Shown: piece by piece, positions 44,462 to 59,265 of the stretch
Layout of the letters: every line of letters begins with the position of its first letter
Numbering within the stretch: the first letter of the stretch is position 1
Assembly: GCA_045576095.1 (NCBI GenBank)
Contig: JAZNFP010000055.1
Span: 8,247 to 72,246, forward strand
Source: Eubacteriales bacterium
GTDB taxonomy: Bacteria > Bacillota > Clostridia > Oscillospirales > CAG-272
Direction of reading: 5' to 3'
Length of the DNA stretch: 64,000 nt
The notes under the pieces: generated by a model
Database searches by the model: none
Told to the model about the DNA's origin: nothing
Seen by the model: the letters and a program-made list of their open reading frames with translations, nothing else
Position numbers and translations under genes: made by a program

Positions 44462-47400
44462 ATGAAAATCATGGTCATCGGCGGCGGCGGTCGCGAGCAC
44501 GCGATCATCCGCAAGCTGAAGGAAAGCCCCCTCGCGGGGGAGATCTATGCGCTTCCCGGAAACGGCGGTATTGCCTGTGACGCAACCTGCGTTCCGATCG
44601 GTGCAAAGGAGATCGACAGGATCGTTGCCTTTGCCAAGGAAAATGCCATTGAATACGCCGTCGTCGCTCCCGACGATCCGCTGGTGCTCGGTGCGGTCGA
44701 TGCGCTGGAGGCGGCAGGGGTTCCCTGCTTTGGACCGAACGCCGCCGCCGCACGGATTGAGGGAAGCAAGGTCTTCTCAAAGAATCTGATGAAGAAATAC
44801 GGAATTCCCACCGCGGCGTTCGAGGTCTTTACCGACCTTGATGCGGCGCTCGCCTATCTTGAGACGGCGCCGCTTCCCACCGTTATCAAGGCGGACGGCC
44901 TTGCTCTCGGTAAGGGAGTTGTGATCGCCGAAACGCGCGAGGATGCAAGAGCCGCCGTCATCGGTATGATGCGTGACGGAATGTTCGGCAAAAGCGGAAG
45001 CCGCGTCGTCATCGAGGAGCACCTGACGGGGCCCGAGGTTTCGGTGCTTTCCTTCACCGACGGCGAGACGGTCGTTCCGATGGTTTCCTCGATGGACCAC
45101 AAGAGGGCGCTCGACGGCGACAAGGGTCTGAATACCGGCGGCATGGGAACGGTCGCACCCAACCCCTACTATACCGAAGAGATTGCCGAGCGCTGTATGC
45201 GTGAGATCTTCGTTCCGACGATCGCCGCCATGAAGGCGGAGGGCTCGCCCTTTAAGGGCTGCCTTTACTTCGGACTCATGCTGACGCCGTGCGGCCCGAA
45301 GGTTATCGAATACAACTGCCGCTTCGGCGATCCCGAAACGCAGGTGGTTCTTCCTCTTCTCGAGTCGGACCTCCTCTCAATCATGCGCGCCACTACCGAC
45401 GGTACGCTCACGCCCGAGATGGTCAAATTCTCGGACGGCGCCGCCTGCTGCGTCGTGATGGCGTCAAGCGGCTACCCGGTTGCCTACGAAAGCGGCTATC
45501 CGATCACGATTGACGGGGATGCCGAGGGAACGGTTTACTATGCGGGAGCCAAGCTCGACGGGAACGGCACGCTACTCTCCTCGGGCGGCCGCGTGCTCGG
45601 CGCCGTTGCCACCGCGCCGACCCTTGCCGAGGCAATCAAGGACGCCTACGCCCTGTCGGACAAGATCCACTTTGAAAACGCCTACCGCAGAAGCGACATC
45701 GGCGCGCGTGCTCTTGCCGCCGGGAGCGAGGTCTACCGCATCTTCGTCGAGAAAAAGCCGGGGCTCGAAAACGAGGCAAACGCGCTCCGCTCCGATATTG
45801 TCTCACTGCTCGGCATCAAGGGGCTGAAGAGGCTTCGCATTCTCAATCGCTACGACGTGCAGGACATCTCCCGAGAGCTGTTTTTGCGCTCGGTCGATAC
45901 CGTATTCTCCGAGCCGCAGCTTGATCTTGCCTGTGAGTCGCTCGATACGGCAGGCTACACCGCCTTTGCGGTCGAGTATCTGCCCGGTCAGTTCGATCAG
46001 CGCGCCGACTCCGCCGCACAGTGCATCCAGATCATCTCCTGCGGAAACCGCCCCTTGGTACGCGGTGCCAAGGTGTATCTGCTTGAGGGGGATCTCACCG
46101 AAAGCGAAATCTCCCAGATCAAAAAGTACGTCATCAACCCCGTCGAGAGCCGCGAGGCGTCGATGGATAAGCCCGAGACGCTGGTCATGGACTATACCGC
46201 GCCCGAGGACGTCGCGGTGCTTCGGGGCTTTTGCGACATGAAGGACTCGGAGCTGTCCGAGCAGATCGCACGCTACGGGCTTGCCATGGACGAGGACGAT
46301 CTCGCCTTCTGCCGCGACTATTTCCGCTCGGAGAAGCGCGACCCCACCATCACCGAGCTTCGCATGATCGACACCTATTGGTCGGATCACTGCCGTCATA
46401 CCACCTTCCTTACCACCATCGACTCGGTTCGCTTTGACGATCCGCTCGCCGAGCACGCCTACGAGTCCTATCTTGAGAGCCGCCACGCCCTCGGACGCAC
46501 CAAGCCCGTCAACCTCATGGACGTGGCAACCATGGCCGTGCGTTACCTTAAGAGCACCGGCAAGCTTCCTCGCCTTGACGAGTCGGAGGAGATCAACGCC
46601 TGCACCGTCAAGATCACCGTCACGGTTGACGGGGAGGATCAGGAATGGTTGCTCCTGTTCAAGAACGAAACGCACAATCACCCGACCGAGATCGAGCCGT
46701 TCGGCGGTGCGGCAACCTGCATCGGCGGCGCCATCCGCGATCCGCTTTCGGGGCGCTCCTACGTCTATGCCGCAATGCGCGTCACCGGCGCGGCAAACCC
46801 GCTCCGCCCCGTTTCCGAAACGCTCGCGGGCAAGCTCCCCCAGAGAAAGATCGTCACCACAGCCGCCGCCGGCTACTCGTCCTACGGAAACCAGATCGGT
46901 CTTGCAACCGGTCTGGTCGATGAAATCTATCACGAGGGCTACGCCGCCAAGCGCCTTGAGATCGGCGCCGTGGTTGCTGCCGCTCCCGCCGAGAACGTTC
47001 GCCGCGAGCGCCCCGATCCCGACGACGTCGTGATCCTGCTCGGCGGACGCACGGGCCGTGACGGCTGCGGCGGAGCAACCGGCTCCTCCAAGTCGCACAC
47101 CGAGGGATCGCTCTCGTCCTGCGGCGCAGAGGTACAGAAGGGGAACGCCCCCGAGGAGCGCAAGCTCCAGCGTCTGTTCCGCTCTCCCGAGGCGTCGCGC
47201 CTTGTCAAGCGCTGCAACGACTTCGGCGCAGGCGGCGTTTCGGTCGCGGTCGGCGAGCTTGCCGACGGCCTCTACATCAACCTTGATAAGGTTCCTAAAA
47301 AGTACGAGGGCCTTGACGGCACCGAGCTTGCCATCAGCGAATCCCAGGAGCGCATGGCGGTCGTCGTCGCGCCCGAGGACGTCAAGCGCTTCTCCGAGCT

Positions 47401-49420
47401 TGCCGAAGCGGAAAACCTTGAGGCAACCGTGATTGCCACCGTGACCGCCGCACCGCGGCTTGTGATGCAGTGGCGCGGACGCACCATCGTTGACCTCTCG
47501 CGCGAATTTTTGAATTCCAACGGTGCCGAAAAGCACGTAAGCGCCGAGGTTGCAAGCCCCGCACCGATCGAAAAGCCCATCCCGAGCAGCTTCTCGGACG
47601 GCATGAAGGCGCTCGTCGGAGACCTCAATGTCTGCTCCAAGCGCGGACTCTGTGAGCGCTTTGACTCGACCATCGGTGCAGGAACGGTTCTGATGCCCTT
47701 CGGCGGAAAGAATCAGATGACGCCGATTCAGGCCATGGTTCAGAAGGTTTCGGTCGAAAAGGGGCATACGAACGATTGCTCGGTCATGTCCTTCGGCTAC
47801 AACCCCTTCATTACCGAGGCGGACCCCTTCAGAGGCGCCTACCTTGCCGTTTTCGAGTCGGTTTCCAAGCTCGTTGCGGCAGGCGCAGATCTCGGCGACA
47901 CCTACCTTACCTTCCAGGAATACTTTGAGAAGCCCCGTCGCGAGGCAAAGCGCTTCGGCAAGCCCCTTGCGGCTCTGCTCGGTGCCTACCGCGCGCAGAT
48001 GGAGCTCGGCATCGCCTCGATCGGCGGCAAGGACTCGATGAGCGGAAGCTTTGAAAAGCTCGACGTTCCGCCGACCCTCGTTTCCTTTGCCGTTACGACC
48101 GCAAAGGTCGATGACGTCATTTCCCCCGAGCTCAAGGCAAAAGGGCACAAGCTCGTGCTCATCTCTCCCGACTGCGGAGAGGACGGTCTGCCGACCGCCG
48201 AATCCTTCCTCGAGACGGCAGGCAGGGTCAGAGCTCTGGTGCAGAGCGGCAAGGTCCATTCGATCTGGACGCCAACCTACGGCGGAATCGCCGAAGGTCT
48301 TGTCAAGTGCGCGATCGGTAACGGCATCGGCGTTCGCCTTGCCGACACGGTTTCGCTCGACACCCTCTTCGGCTACCGCTATGCAAGCTTCGTCCTTGAG
48401 CTCGATGCCGACGCCGTCTGCGACGGCACGGTTCTTGGCGAGACGCTCTCCGACCCCGCCATCCTCTACCGCAGCGAGCGCGTCACCCTCGCCGAGCTGC
48501 TTTCGATCTACGAGGGCAAGCTTGAATCGGTCTACCCGACGCAGGCGGGCAAATCGAAGGGCTCGCACCTGAGCCTTGCGTCAAGCGCCGCACCTGCCGC
48601 ACCCGCCAAGCTCGGTATTGCGCGTCCGCGCGTTCTGATCCCCGTGTTCCCCGGAACCAACTGTGAGTACGACTCCGCCAAGGCGTTTGCCGATGCGGGA
48701 GCCGAGCCCGAGATCTTCGTCATCAAGAACCTCACCGCCAAGGGGATTGCCGAGTCGGTCGAGGCATTTGCAAGAAAGGTCAAGGAATCGCAGATCGTCT
48801 TTATCCCCGGAGGATTTTCGGGTGGAGACGAGCCTGACGGAAGCGGCAAGTTCATTACCGCCTTCTTCCGCTCGGGTGCCGTTAAGGACGAGGTCAACGA
48901 GCTGCTCAAGAATCGTGACGGTCTGCTTGCCGGTATCTGCAACGGCTTCCAGGCGATCATCAAGCTGGGACTCGTTCCCTACGGCGAGATCCGCGACACC
49001 AAGGCGAGCGATCCTACCCTGACCTTCAACACCATCGGTCGCCATCAGTCGCGCATCGTGCACACTGCCGTTGCCTCGGTCAAGTCTCCCTGGCTCTCGG
49101 CGTGCAAGGTCGGCGACATCTTCAAGGTGCCGATCTCGCACGGTGAGGGACGCTTCCTTGCCGATGAGGAAACGGTACGCGCCCTTGCCGCAAACGGTCA
49201 GATTGCAACGCAGTACGTTGATCTATCGGGCAAGCCCACCGACGATATCCTCTTCAATCCGAACGGAAGCGTCTATGCAATCGAGGGCATCACCTCGCCC
49301 GACGGTCGCGTGCTCGGAAAGATGGGACACTCGGAGCGTAAGGGCTATGGGCTCTACAAGAACGTTCCCGGTGAGATTGACATGAAGCTCTTTGAGTCTG
49401 CCACCCTGTATTTCAAATAA
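44462..49420 (+). CDS. purD-purL: fusion of phosphoribosylamine-glycine ligase (PurD) with single-chain FGAM synthase (PurS-PurL-PurQ)
   Basis: The first 423 aa are a PurD ATP-grasp (MKIMVIGGGGREHAI...). They are joined without a stop to YRIFVEKKPG..., the start of Clostridial large PurL, which includes the C-terminal glutaminase GICNGFQ. The ORF is uninterrupted in the track. Confidence 0.8.
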   Translation: MKIMVIGGGGREHAIIRKLKESPLAGEIYALPGNGGIACDATCVPIGAKEIDRIVAFAKENAIEYAVVAPDDPLVLGAVDALEAAGVPCFGPNAAAARIEGSKVFSKNLMKKYGIPTAAFEVFTDLDAALAYLETAPLPTVIKADGLALGKGVVIAETREDARAAVIGMMRDGMFGKSGSRVVIEEHLTGPEVSVLSFTDGETVVPMVSSMDHKRALDGDKGLNTGGMGTVAPNPYYTEEIAERCMREIFVPTIAAMKAEGSPFKGCLYFGLMLTPCGPKVIEYNCRFGDPETQVVLPLLESDLLSIMRATTDGTLTPEMVKFSDGAACCVVMASSGYPVAYESGYPITIDGDAEGTVYYAGAKLDGNGTLLSSGGRVLGAVATAPTLAEAIKDAYALSDKIHFENAYRRSDIGARALAAGSEVYRIFVEKKPGLENEANALRSDIVSLLGIKGLKRLRILNRYDVQDISRELFLRSVDTVFSEPQLDLACESLDTAGYTAFAVEYLPGQFDQRADSAAQCIQIISCGNRPLVRGAKVYLLEGDLTESEISQIKKYVINPVESREASMDKPETLVMDYTAPEDVAVLRGFCDMKDSELSEQIARYGLAMDEDDLAFCRDYFRSEKRDPTITELRMIDTYWSDHCRHTTFLTTIDSVRFDDPLAEHAYESYLESRHALGRTKPVNLMDVATMAVRYLKSTGKLPRLDESEEINACTVKITVTVDGEDQEWLLLFKNETHNHPTEIEPFGGAATCIGGAIRDPLSGRSYVYAAMRVTGAANPLRPVSETLAGKLPQRKIVTTAAAGYSSYGNQIGLATGLVDEIYHEGYAAKRLEIGAVVAAAPAENVRRERPDPDDVVILLGGRTGRDGCGGATGSSKSHTEGSLSSCGAEVQKGNAPEERKLQRLFRSPEASRLVKRCNDFGAGGVSVAVGELADGLYINLDKVPKKYEGLDGTELAISESQERMAVVVAPEDVKRFSELAEAENLEATVIATVTAAPRLVMQWRGRTIVDLSREFLNSNGAEKHVSAEVASPAPIEKPIPSSFSDGMKALVGDLNVCSKRGLCERFDSTIGAGTVLMPFGGKNQMTPIQAMVQKVSVEKGHTNDCSVMSFGYNPFITEADPFRGAYLAVFESVSKLVAAGADLGDTYLTFQEYFEKPRREAKRFGKPLAALLGAYRAQMELGIASIGGKDSMSGSFEKLDVPPTLVSFAVTTAKVDDVISPELKAKGHKLVLISPDCGEDGLPTAESFLETAGRVRALVQSGKVHSIWTPTYGGIAEGLVKCAIGNGIGVRLADTVSLDTLFGYRYASFVLELDADAVCDGTVLGETLSDPAILYRSERVTLAELLSIYEGKLESVYPTQAGKSKGSHLSLASSAAPAAPAKLGIARPRVLIPVFPGTNCEYDSAKAFADAGAEPEIFVIKNLTAKGIAESVEAFARKVKESQIVFIPGGFSGGDEPDGSGKFITAFFRSGAVKDEVNELLKNRDGLLAGICNGFQAIIKLGLVPYGEIRDTKASDPTLTFNTIGRHQSRIVHTAVASVKSPWLSACKVGDIFKVPISHGEGRFLADEETVRALAANGQIATQYVDLSGKPTDDILFNPNGSVYAIEGITSPDGRVLGKMGHSERKGYGLYKNVPGEIDMKLFESATLYFK

Positions 49421-49454
49421 TCCGAGGGACGGCAACTCCCAAACGAATACCCCC

Positions 49455-49494
49455 GCGCGGAGATCAAGCACCCCGATCTCCGCGCCCTCTTTTA
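49455..49494 (+). terminator. terminator after purD-purL
   Basis: GCGCGGAGATC-N9-GATCTCCGCGC followed by CCTCTTTTAT. Confidence 0.65.
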
Positions 49495-49669
49495 TCCCGC
49501 ATTTGGTATCACGAGATCAAAAGCAGGAGCCGAGGCAAGCGGAGCCGAGCGGAGCAGAGTTGAGAGAAACAAAACCGAGCAAAGCCAAAAACGCAAAAGA
49601 AAAAAGGGCGTTCTCAAATGCAGGCTGCATTTGAGAACGCCTTTTCAAAAGAAGGACGCGGAATTGAAT

Positions 49670-50968
49670 TTAAGCGAGACGGACTGCGCGGCCGCCTGCG
49701 AGAGTCAGCATCTTGACGGCAACCGGCGAGAAATCGGCGGCCTCAACCATCAGGGGCTTATCGACGGTTCCGTGATGCACGACCATAATCGCGCTCGCAT
49801 TCTCGGGGATAAGACCGAGACGGCGAAGAATCTTTGCGTTAATGTAGGAGTAGGGCTTAAAGTTCGCAGCGAGGCAATCCACGCCGATCTTCACGAGCGG
49901 TCCGCCCTTGGCACCGTCATAAACGACGGCGGTCAGCTCCTCGGCGAGCTCGTCGCTCATGCCAAAGGAAGCGTCAAGTCCTGCCACACCGGTGGCAAGC
50001 GAGTAGCCGTCGCGCTTCGGATCGGTAAAATCAACGATATCGAAGATTGCGCTCGGAATCGGCATAAAGACGGGAGTCTCCAGCATCGGATAGTCGTCAA
50101 GAGAGCTCTCAATCTCCTCGATCGCTTCCTCCTCGATCGCTTCCTCCTCGGATGCACAAGCCTCGGCAGTCTCCTCGGCGGCAGGCGCATCGGCAGACTC
50201 GGCGACGGCTTCGGCAGCAGGTGCGGAGGTCTCCTCGGCAACCGGTGTCTCCTCCTCGGGGCTCTCAAGAGCTTCGGTCTCGGATGCGGCAGCCAAGACA
50301 GCCTCTGCCTCGGCGGCAGTGGCGGCGGCGCGATCTGCAGCCTTGCGGCGAGCCTTCTTCTTCGAGGATCTGATGACGATCGCCGAAAGCACGATGATCA
50401 GGACGAGAGCTGCAAGGAAGACGAGCGGCAGGAGCCAGGGCTGCTTACCGTCAACGAAGGCGGGAACCTTTGCGGCAAGCTCATAAAGCGAGGTCATCAA
50501 GGCAGCCATGCTTGCATGGAAGGCAAAGCAAACATCCTCAAAGGTAAAGGAAACGCCTGCCTTGATCGCATCGACGATCAGACGGACGAGCACCGACAGA
50601 AAGGAAACGCCCCAGATCACGGTACACCACAGCACCGTTCTCGCCAAGGCACGGACGAAGCTCCCCTTGAAGAGCGAGATCACGAGCAAAACGAAAACGA
50701 CTGCAATTGCGAGAAGAACCGCGCCCAAAACGGCGTAATGAACCACGGGCTCTGCGATCTCCGCAAGCTCCGGAACGACACCGTACACATAAGTAAAGAC
50801 GGGGGTAAAGTTCTCGGCAAACCAATCGTACGCATCCCCTACGTACCCGAGAATGCCCTCCTGTGAGCCGCTGTCCGTACCCGCTGCCATGGCAGAGATC
50901 CCAAAGCAGGATGCCACAAGGCAAACGAGAACGAGAAGCATCGACAGCTTAGCGAGATTCTTCTTCAT
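49670..50968 (-). CDS. membrane protein with acidic low-complexity linker and uL15-like C-terminal domain
   Basis: Signal peptide, four to five TM helices and an Ala/Glu-rich linker. The C-terminus KILRRLGLIPENA...LMVEAADFSPVAVKMLTLAGGRA resembles the C-terminal half of ribosomal protein uL15. Confidence 0.6.
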   Translation of the reverse strand: MKKNLAKLSMLLVLVCLVASCFGISAMAAGTDSGSQEGILGYVGDAYDWFAENFTPVFTYVYGVVPELAEIAEPVVHYAVLGAVLLAIAVVFVLLVISLFKGSFVRALARTVLWCTVIWGVSFLSVLVRLIVDAIKAGVSFTFEDVCFAFHASMAALMTSLYELAAKVPAFVDGKQPWLLPLVFLAALVLIIVLSAIVIRSSKKKARRKAADRAAATAAEAEAVLAAASETEALESPEEETPVAEETSAPAAEAVAESADAPAAEETAEACASEEEAIEEEAIEEIESSLDDYPMLETPVFMPIPSAIFDIVDFTDPKRDGYSLATGVAGLDASFGMSDELAEELTAVVYDGAKGGPLVKIGVDCLAANFKPYSYINAKILRRLGLIPENASAIMVVHHGTVDKPLMVEAADFSPVAVKMLTLAGGRAVRLA

Positions 50969-51121
50969 CACGAAACCTCCCAAGCGGCGTTCTGCCGCTG
51001 AATTTTTAGTACTAATAGTATAGCATAGCGGATTGTAAAAATCAACCTTTTTACCGAGAAATATCGTCCCGGAGGCCAAAAAAAACCGATCTGCCGCGCT
51101 TTTGCGGCAGATCGGCAGGAC

Positions 51122-51379
51122 CTATTTCCATGCAAAATCGGTGGAGAGAAGCCGAACAGCCTCGGGGGTGACTGTTAAGAAACCGCCGGACAGCTCGGCG
51201 CGTCGGATCTTTCCGTCAACGTACACGCGGCATTCCCCCTTGGCAAGCGCCGTCACGTAGGGGATATGTCCGTACAGGACCGAAAGCTCCCCGTCGATCG
51301 AGCGGACCGAGAGCTGCTCGGCATCTCCCGAAAAGCGCATCCCGTCGGGTGCGGCAATCTCAAGATGAAACGACCTCAT
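51122..51379 (-). CDS. atpC: F-type ATP synthase epsilon subunit (beta-sandwich domain only)
   Basis: 85 aa (HLEIAAPDG...LSGGFLTV), last gene of the atp operon. Confidence 0.8.
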   Translation of the reverse strand: MRSFHLEIAAPDGMRFSGDAEQLSVRSIDGELSVLYGHIPYVTALAKGECRVYVDGKIRRAELSGGFLTVTPEAVRLLSTDFAWK

Positions 51380-51400
51380 GGCAGAACTCCTTTCGACGCC

Positions 51401-53651
<2,251 letters not shown>

Positions 53652-53678
53652 CTCCTGCCTCCTTTCCTTTTTTCAGCT

Positions 53679-55196
<1,518 letters not shown>

Positions 55197-55220
55197 GATT
55201 TCATCCCCTTTCTGTTTTTG

Positions 55221-55757
55221 TCAGAGCGTCAGCTCGGAAAGCGACGCGCGGATTCCGTCGATTCGGCGGCGAAGCGTTCCGTCGTAAAGAACGCCGTCCA
55301 CCTCAACGCGAATGCCGCCCAAAAGCCCCGGGCAGACCTCAAATTCGGGGGAAATCCTCTTCCCCGTCCGTGCGGCGAGCGCGTTGACGAGCCGCTGCGC
55401 TTCGTCCTCGGATAGCGCCGCGGCGCTTACGATGCGTGCCACGGCGATGCCGCTGTTCTCGTGATAAAGCCGCGTGTATTCGGAAAGCGCATCGCAAATC
55501 TCCCGTCCGTATCCAAGCGACACCATCATCCGCAAAAAGCGGAGAAGATAGGGGTGAGCCCCCGAAAACGCCGCGGCGATCGCCTCCTCGCGCTCCTTTC
55601 GCTGAAGCTCGGGAGAGGTGAGAAGCCCGATATACGCGGGATTCTCGCAAAGGACCTGCCGCGCCGTCTCGACCTCGGCAAGAAGCTCGGTTGCAAGCCC
55701 CTCGTCGGCGGCAAGCTCGTAAAGCGCTTTCCCGTATTCCCTTGAGACGTCATTCAT
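55221..55757 (-). CDS. atpH: F-type ATP synthase delta (OSCP) subunit
   Basis: YGKALYELA N-terminus. Position between atpF and atpA. Confidence 0.8.
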   Translation of the reverse strand: MNDVSREYGKALYELAADEGLATELLAEVETARQVLCENPAYIGLLTSPELQRKEREEAIAAAFSGAHPYLLRFLRMMVSLGYGREICDALSEYTRLYHENSGIAVARIVSAAALSEDEAQRLVNALAARTGKRISPEFEVCPGLLGGIRVEVDGVLYDGTLRRRIDGIRASLSELTL

Positions 55758-56286
55758 GAGAGTCGTCCCCCAGCTCGCCGATGAATCGGTTGACAAGTGC
55801 CTCGTGATCCTCGGGGCGTATCTCTCTTGCTACAATCTGCTCCGCAATCTCAATCGAGAGCTCGGAGATATCGTTTTTGATTTCGTTGAGCGCCTTTTTC
55901 CTTTCCTGGGCGATCTCCCTTTCTGCGCGACGGCGAAGCAACTCGGCCTCGTCTCTTGCCTCGGCGACGATCTCCTCTCCTCGCTCACTCGCCTTCGCTT
56001 CGGCGCGGCGAAGAAGCTCCTCAGCCTCGGCCTCGGCAGAGGCGAGCCTTGCGCCGTATTCGGCACGTGCGCTCTCGGCCTCGCCCTTTGCGGCTTCGGC
56101 ATCGGTATAAATCTGCCGGATCTCCTCGCCTCGCTTGGCGAGAATCCTTTGCACCGGGCGGAACAGAAAATGCTTCAGGATCAGAAACAGGATCAGAAGA
56201 TTGGCAAGAGAGATCAGCATTTGCCAGAAATTCACCGAAATCACGTCAAGATACTTGACGTCGGCTTCGAGCAGCATAGCTGTCAT
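55750..56286 (-). CDS. atpF: F-type ATP synthase subunit b
   Basis: Single N-terminal TM followed by a long charged coiled coil (AEAAKGEAESARAEY...). Confidence 0.8.
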   Translation of the reverse strand: MTAMLLEADVKYLDVISVNFWQMLISLANLLILFLILKHFLFRPVQRILAKRGEEIRQIYTDAEAAKGEAESARAEYGARLASAEAEAEELLRRAEAKASERGEEIVAEARDEAELLRRRAEREIAQERKKALNEIKNDISELSIEIAEQIVAREIRPEDHEALVNRFIGELGDDSHE

Positions 56287-56358
56287 ATCGTATTCCTGCT
56301 TTCTCCGTCGCACAAATCGCAAGCCCGTCATGCGACGGTAAGACGGGCATTTGCAGAA

Positions 56359-57587
<1,229 letters not shown>

Positions 57588-57595
<8 letters not shown>

Positions 57596-58058
57596 TGTCT
57601 TGGTCTTCGTTTGAAATCTCCTCCTCTCTCTTGGCGGCAGCCGCCGCTCTGTTTCTCTTCGCAAGCACCGCCCGCCTCACGATGAGCGTCATGCGCGGAA
57701 AAAAGATCGAAACGATCACGGCAACACTCGAAAACACGTCAAGCGCGACGCCGACGGCAAGCACCGCGAGAAGTCCGAGCATCCGAAGCCTCTGCGAGAG
57801 CCGCAGCGCCGCCTTCGCACGCTCGGGATCTCCCATCGCCAGCGCCCTTTGCACTGTGACTCCGAGCAAAAGAAAATTCAAAACCCCCGCGCCCGACGAA
57901 AGAAGCGTTCCGAGGAGCACCGAGAGGTCCCACGCCGAAACGGCAAGATGCGCGAGCTGAAGAAGCGCCGCGAAAAAGACGGTTCCCACCGCGACAAATC
58001 GCGTTTCTCGCCAAACGACCCGATCAATTTTCATTGTCCAACTCTCCTTCTCCGTCAT
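57588..58058 (-). CDS. atpI: ATP synthase protein I-like membrane protein
   Basis: Four hydrophobic helices immediately upstream of atpB. Start uncertain (58058 or 58034). Confidence 0.6.
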
Positions 58059-58299
58059 GCGGCGTCCCTTCCTTTTCGAGGCGGATAAACGTCCGAGCGA
58101 AGCGGTAAAAGCCGCATCCGCCGCTGACAAGACCGACGGCAAGAAGCAAAACGACGAGCCACTCCCCGACCCCAAAGCGCAGATTCAGCCAAACGCCGAC
58201 GAAAACGCACAGAACGATCGGCGAGATCACCGACAGTCCGAGCTGGGTCAGGTAGGTCAGCAGTCGAAGCGTTTTCATCAGAGAACGGGGATCGTTCAT
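58024..58299 (-). CDS. AtpZ/AtpR-like small membrane protein
   Basis: Two TM helices, first gene of the atp operon. Confidence 0.55.
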   Translation of the reverse strand: MNDPRSLMKTLRLLTYLTQLGLSVISPIVLCVFVGVWLNLRFGVGEWLVVLLLAVGLVSGGCGFYRFARTFIRLEKEGTPHDGEGELDNEN

Positions 58300-58416
58300 G
58301 CGCGCTCCCTCCATCGAAATCAGCCTGTCCGATTACCAAAACGTACCGCTATTTATTATAGCATCTCTCCCGGCGCTTTGGCAAGACCTTTCGGGAGAAA
58401 AAGATCGGTATTTTTT

Positions 58417-58806
58417 TCACAAAGAAGCCTCGTCCAACACCCCATAAAGCCCCGTCTCGGAGCAATCCCAAAGCACCCTCTCCGCGTGCAGGAGCCGCGA
58501 GCCGCGACGGAGCGTCACCTCTCTGATCAGGCGCGACGGCGGGCGCACCTCGCAAAGCAATCGGTAGCTTGCGCGGCGGAAGGTAAAGCGCTTATGCCGC
58601 TCCCCCGATGCCAGATACTCCGCGCGCAGGCGATCGGCAAGGATGCCCTTCAGATACGCCTCGGTTCGGTCGGCAATTGCCGTAAGGGCTCGGCGCAAGG
58701 GACAATCGACGGCGACGGTCGGGATCCGAATGAGATATTCAACAAGGACCACGCCGTCCTCGCAAAGGAGGTCGCGGCGCAGATCGAATTCGTCCGAAAA
58801 CAGCAT
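58417..58806 (-). CDS. hypothetical protein
   Basis: 129-aa ORF with plausible composition. No family recognised. Confidence 0.4.
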   Translation of the reverse strand: MLFSDEFDLRRDLLCEDGVVLVEYLIRIPTVAVDCPLRRALTAIADRTEAYLKGILADRLRAEYLASGERHKRFTFRRASYRLLCEVRPPSRLIREVTLRRGSRLLHAERVLWDCSETGLYGVLDEASL

Positions 58807-58914
58807 TTTCCGCCTCCGAAAAAATCGTCGGGGCGATCGGCCTCCTGCCTCGCTTGACGCAGGTTCCGCCGATCTCCCCGACCGTATTGTATGCAGCCTT
58901 CGGTGTTTTGATGC

Positions 58915-59265
58915 CTACCGCAGCTCGTCCTGCCGTCCAAGGTAAAGCCGGATGACCGACTCAAGAGTGGACAAAAGCGCCTGCCGCTCGGCGAGCGGCA
59001 AATGTGCGGCTCCCCGCCAAAGCCAAAGCAGCCGCGCCTCGGCAGCATCCTCCTCCTCTGAGGGAAGCAGAGCGGATGCCCGCACGCCGAGCACCGCCGA
59101 AAGCTCGGGAAGCATCTTCATAAAGGACGACGAGCGACCGAGCCTCCAGTTGCTGACCGTCTTCGGCGTCAGCCCCGCCGCCTCCTCAAAGGCGGCGTCG
59201 GTACCAAAGCGCTCGGAAAGGAGATTCAGCAGCTCGGCCCGGGTTCTCTCGGTGTGCTCGTTCAT
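58915..59265 (-). CDS. XRE-family HTH protein
   Basis: AGLTPKTVSNWRLGRSSSFMKMLPELSAVLGV HTH. Start overlaps the flavin reductase stop. Confidence 0.7.
   Translation of the reverse strand: MNEHTERTRAELLNLLSERFGTDAAFEEAAGLTPKTVSNWRLGRSSSFMKMLPELSAVLGVRASALLPSEEEDAAEARLLWLWRGAAHLPLAERQALLSTLESVIRLYLGRQDELR

Noticed and set aside
45803-48568. 921-aa minus-strand ORF antisense to purD-purL. Similar long antisense ORFs lie at 36557-39118, 53691-55415, 5220-6284, 31824-33092, 39152-40129, 21253-22443 and 16314-17138.
   Set aside because: These are shadow ORFs typical of high-GC DNA. Their composition is Arg/Gly/Ala/Asp-rich with no motifs, and each fully overlaps a gene with unmistakable family signatures on the other strand.
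50116-50145. 15-bp perfect tandem duplication as a regulatory repeat or CRISPR-like feature
   Set aside because: It lies inside a coding region and simply encodes a duplicated EEAIE pentapeptide in a low-complexity acidic linker.
58417-59265. XRE regulator plus downstream 129-aa hypothetical protein as a toxin-antitoxin pair
   Set aside because: The genes are separated by about 110 nt, and the XRE gene is translationally coupled to the upstream flavin reductase instead. The 129-aa protein shows no toxin-family motif that I recognise.
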